Source: Salpingoeca rosetta (Eukaryota; Protista; Choanoflagellata). Taken from it: DNA of 64,000 bases. The stretch spans positions 593,497 through 657,496 of the forward strand of contig JAWQFM010000031.1 of assembly GCA_033442325.1 (NCBI GenBank). Reading direction: 5' to 3'. Shown here one piece after another: positions 57,928 to 64,000 of the stretch. The notes under the pieces were generated by a model. The model was not told the origin of the DNA. It did no database searches and saw only the letters and a list, made by a program, of their open reading frames with translations. The number at the start of each line of letters is the position of its first letter. Position 1 is the first letter of the stretch. Position numbers and translations under genes: made by a program.

Positions 57928-58592
57928 NNNNNNNNNNNNNNNNNNNNNNNNNNNNNNNNNNNNNNNNNNNNNNNNNNNNNNNNNNNNNNNNNNNNNNNNN
58001 NNNNNNNNNNNNNNNNNNNNNNNNNNNNNNNNNNNNNNNNNNNNNNNNNNNNNNNNNNNNNNNNNNNNNNNNNNNNNNNNNNNNNNNNNNNNNNNNNNNN
58101 NNNNNNNNNNNNNNNNNNNNNNNNNNNNNNNNNNNNNNNNNNNNNNNNNNNNNNNNNNNNNNNNNNNNNNNNNNNNNNNNNNNNNNNNNNNNNNNNNNNN
58201 NNNNNNNNNNNNNNNNNNNNNNNNNNNNNNNNNNNNNNNNNNNNNNNNNNNNNNNNNNNNNNNNNNNNNNNNNNNNNNNNNNNNNNNNNNNNNNNNNNNN
58301 NNNNNNNNNNNNNNNNNNNNNNNNNNNNNNNNNNNNNNNNNNNNNNNNNNNNNNNNNNNNNNNNNNNNNNNNNNNNNNNNNNNNNNNNNNNNNNNNNNNN
58401 NNNNNNNNNNNNNNNNNNNNNNNNNNNNNNNNNNNNNNNNNNNNNNNNNNNNNNNNNNNNNNNNNNNNNNNNNNNNNNNNNNNNNNNNNNNNNNNNNNNN
58501 NNNNNNNNNNNNNNNNNNNNNNNNNNNNNNNNNNNNNNNNNNNNNNNNNNNNNNNNNNNNNNNNNNNNNNNNNNNNNNNNNNNNNNNNNNNN
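57928..58592. other. Assembly gap
   Basis: N run downstream of the SEC14-like exons. Confidence 0.99.
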
Positions 58593-61485
<2,893 letters not shown>

Positions 61486-62224
61486 CTCGGCGGAGGCGGC
61501 TGAAGCGGGCCCTAATGCAACAAGCCTGCTTGCTTGCTTGCCTGCTACCGATTTGCTTGTCTTCACGCGGTTCCTCTTTCTTTTGTTTCCGATGAAGCTA
61601 CTGTTCTTCGCGAGTCTGCGCTGCTCTGTGTGTGTGTGCGCGTGTGCGTGTGTGCGTGTGTGTGTGTGCGTGTGTGCGCGTGTGCGTGTGTGCGTGTGCG
61701 TGTACGTGTGCGTGCGTGCGTGCGTGTGCGTGCGCGTGTGCGTGTGCGTGTGCGTGTGCGTGTGCGTGGTGTGGAAGATAAATTCGTGGTGCATGTGTTG
61801 CAAGCAAAGTACAACAAATACACAAGCAATGAGCGAGCGATGTCTTCATGCAGCCTCAAAGGACATCACCACAAGTCAAGCAAGGACAAGCAGCCAGCAC
61901 CTCTTCTCCCCACCAACCAACAACCGACAAAGTCCTCCACCATCCGTTCATGCAACTTGTCACATCCACACGCATGCATGCCAACGAACAGAGCCTTCAC
62001 ACCCTCACTCTCACGCTTTGCTTTTTCCTCTGATCGTGGCGGTTGTAGAAAAGTGTATGGTATCTTTCCCCGATGCTCTACCAACACAAACACAAACAAA
62101 CGCACCACGCACGATCCGCGCTTCGTGTTCACGGACGTCTCAGCACATGCAGCACATCACACCTCATCCTTCCACGCACACGCACGCACGTTTCCCCTCA
62201 CCCTAACTCCCTCTCATACTGTTG

Positions 62225-64000
62225 ATGTTGCGAGCGGTCGTTTCGTCATGGTTGGTTGTGCTGTTGTGTGCGGTTGCAGCATCAGGAACAGCAGCGACGT
62301 TCCCAAGGCAACTGCACTACGAACAACAGCAACCACCACAACAGCAACCACAACAGCAGCAACAGCAGCAACAACAGCAGCACTCAGTTCACATCATCAG
62401 CCACGAGAGTGATGATGTGGCGGCGGTACGTGCTGCCGTCTTGCGTCACATTCTACCGCAGTCACGCGGCGTGGTACCGGAGCGATGGGATGACAAGGTG
62501 CAGTATATTTTGGAGCACCTGCGCACGTCCAACGGCACGTTTGACGACGTCGACTACAACGACTACGATGGCCGGAGCTGGTGGAAGACATCCATCCACC
62601 TGCAGCGGTGCCTGATCTTGGGCATCTCCTACCACACACCATACAGTGCGCACCAGGGCAACGCGACTGTCTACGGCGCCTTGGTCAAGGCGTTTACGGC
62701 ATGGCTCAAGGCTGACTTCAAGAACAGCAACTGGTGGTGGATGGACATTGGCGTTCCACGCATCGTGGGCAAGGTGCTCTTGCTCCTGTCGCCGGCCGAT
62801 GCCACCGCGCTCTACCCGCTCGCCACGCCACTGCTTGACCGCGGGCCCCTGTCGCGCGCGTACGGCATGACCGGTTGCAACCGCGTGTGGATTGCGTCTG
62901 TCAACGTCCTTCGCGCGCTCACGGAAGGCAACGCGACGCGGCTGGCAGCGGCATATGAGGCGGCGTCATCTGCCATCGTCGTGGCGCCGTCGCAGCAGAG
63001 CGATGGCATCCAGCGCGACAACAGCTTCCACCAGCACGGCCCGCAGTTGTATCTGGGGTGGGGCTATGGCTCCATCCTCAGCGCCAACGCCCTGTTGCTC
63101 ACCAGCTACGCGGAGGGCACGCGGTTTGCGGTGGCCAACAGCACGTGGGGTGTGCTGGCATCGCTGGTGCTGGATGGGCAGCGGCTGGTGGTGCGCGGCC
63201 CCAACGTCGACTACACGACGAGCGGGCGGCTCATGACGTACTTTGCGCTCAACGACACGTTTGGCGTGAACGAGGGTCACTACCACTACTTTGCCGCGTT
63301 CACAGACTTTCGCTTGAGTTTCCCCACATTTTCGTCACCGCTTCGCACGCCGCTCTCTGTCGTGTTTGCGCCGCTGCTCTCAGAGGTCAACGACACGCGT
63401 CCGCGTGCAGCCGAGTTTCACGCCTTTGCACACGACATCTACACCAGCGATGATAAGTTTGATGGTGCTGGTGGTGGTGGTGGTGATTGTTGTTGTGGTG
63501 GTGATGGTGTGGGCGCCAAGTCGACAGCAGCAGCAACATCACCAACGTCACAGCTGAGCCTGAGCTGGCATTTTTACGACAGCGACTACGTGGTCCATCA
63601 CCGGCCGACGTTCTTTGCATCCGTGCGCATGTTTTCAAACCGAACCATCAACACGGAATGCGTCAACTCCGAGAACCTCCGTGGCCGTGATCTCGCAGAC
63701 GCCGTTTTAAATGTGTACGTGACGGGGCGGGAGTATGAAAACGTGTTTCCCGTGTGGCAGTGGCACCGCATTCCCGGCACAACCGAGCACCAGACAGGCA
63801 CACCCTACTCCTGCAGCGATGCGCGCAGCGTCCAACACACCTCCTTTGTTGGGGGTGTTACCGATCGCACGTTTAGTGTGGCCGCCATCAACTTCACGCG
63901 TGGGCACGCCGTGACGATGCATGTTTCCAAAATGCATGTTTTCGTTGACGGCGCTGTGATTGTGCTGCTGGGAGGACTGACGTCGGATGCGCCCTACCCC
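62225..64000 (+). CDS. Secreted polysaccharide lyase family 8 (chondroitin AC/hyaluronate lyase-like), no intron in the window, 3'-truncated
   Basis: Open frame from ATG 62225 to the window end. Signal MLRAVVSSWLVVLLCAVAASG, then polyQ, then PL8 motifs NSNWWWMDIGVP, TGCNRVW, DGIQRDNSFHQHGPQLYLGWGYG, TSGR, SDYVVHHRPTFFASVRMFSNRTINTECVNSENLRG and EYENVFPVWQWHRIPGTT. Confidence 0.92.
   Translation, partial: MLRAVVSSWLVVLLCAVAASGTAATFPRQLHYEQQQPPQQQPQQQQQQQQQQHSVHIISHESDDVAAVRAAVLRHILPQSRGVVPERWDDKVQYILEHLRTSNGTFDDVDYNDYDGRSWWKTSIHLQRCLILGISYHTPYSAHQGNATVYGALVKAFTAWLKADFKNSNWWWMDIGVPRIVGKVLLLLSPADATALYPLATPLLDRGPLSRAYGMTGCNRVWIASVNVLRALTEGNATRLAAAYEAASSAIVVAPSQQSDGIQRDNSFHQHGPQLYLGWGYGSILSANALLLTSYAEGTRFAVANSTWGVLASLVLDGQRLVVRGPNVDYTTSGRLMTYFALNDTFGVNEGHYHYFAAFTDFRLSFPTFSSPLRTPLSVVFAPLLSEVNDTRPRAAEFHAFAHDIYTSDDKFDGAGGGGGDCCCGGDGVGAKSTAAATSPTSQLSLSWHFYDSDYVVHHRPTFFASVRMFSNRTINTECVNSENLRGRDLADAVLNVYVTGREYENVFPVWQWHRIPGTTEHQTGTPYSCSDARSVQHTSFVGGVTDRTFSVAAINFTRGHAVTMHVSKMHVFVDGAVIVLLGGLTSDAPYP

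Noticed and set aside
62225-64000. Bacterial contamination as the source of the PL8 gene
   Set aside because: Contiguous with host microsatellite DNA, and has a eukaryotic-type signal peptide and polyQ/polyG slippage tracts.

Overview
Intron-rich eukaryotic genomic DNA with (CA)n/(GT)n microsatellite-filled introns and five assembly gaps. The style (GC-rich exons, CA-repeat introns, receptor tyrosine kinase, cadherin-like adhesin) best fits a choanoflagellate such as Salpingoeca rosetta; this is inference. Most ORFs in the supplied track are microsatellite or antisense artefacts. Manual splicing (GT..AG, phase-checked) gives 12 protein-coding genes in strictly alternating orientation: (-) receptor tyrosine pseudokinase with a Tyr-motif tail; (+) small coiled-coil protein; (-) SSNA1; (+) type II membrane protein TIR-TM-coiled coil-Sushi-TNFR-beta-propeller; (-) signal-peptide BCS1-like AAA ATPase; (+) VPS35; (-) signal peptide-MRH-IPT/TIG-NSF-like double AAA ATPase with no transmembrane segment; (+) LRMDA-like LRR protein; (-) ~5,300-aa single-pass adhesin with bacterial-type cadherin-like repeats and a 15-kb exon; (+) membrane-anchored thioredoxin; (-) SEC14/CRAL-TRIO protein; (+) secreted, intronless PL8 chondroitin/hyaluronate lyase, which is absent from the ORF track because it runs off the window. 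The strongest novelty candidates are the predicted luminal lectin-coupled NSF-like ATPase, the inverted-topology TIR receptor, the endogenous PL8 lyase and the dead RTK.
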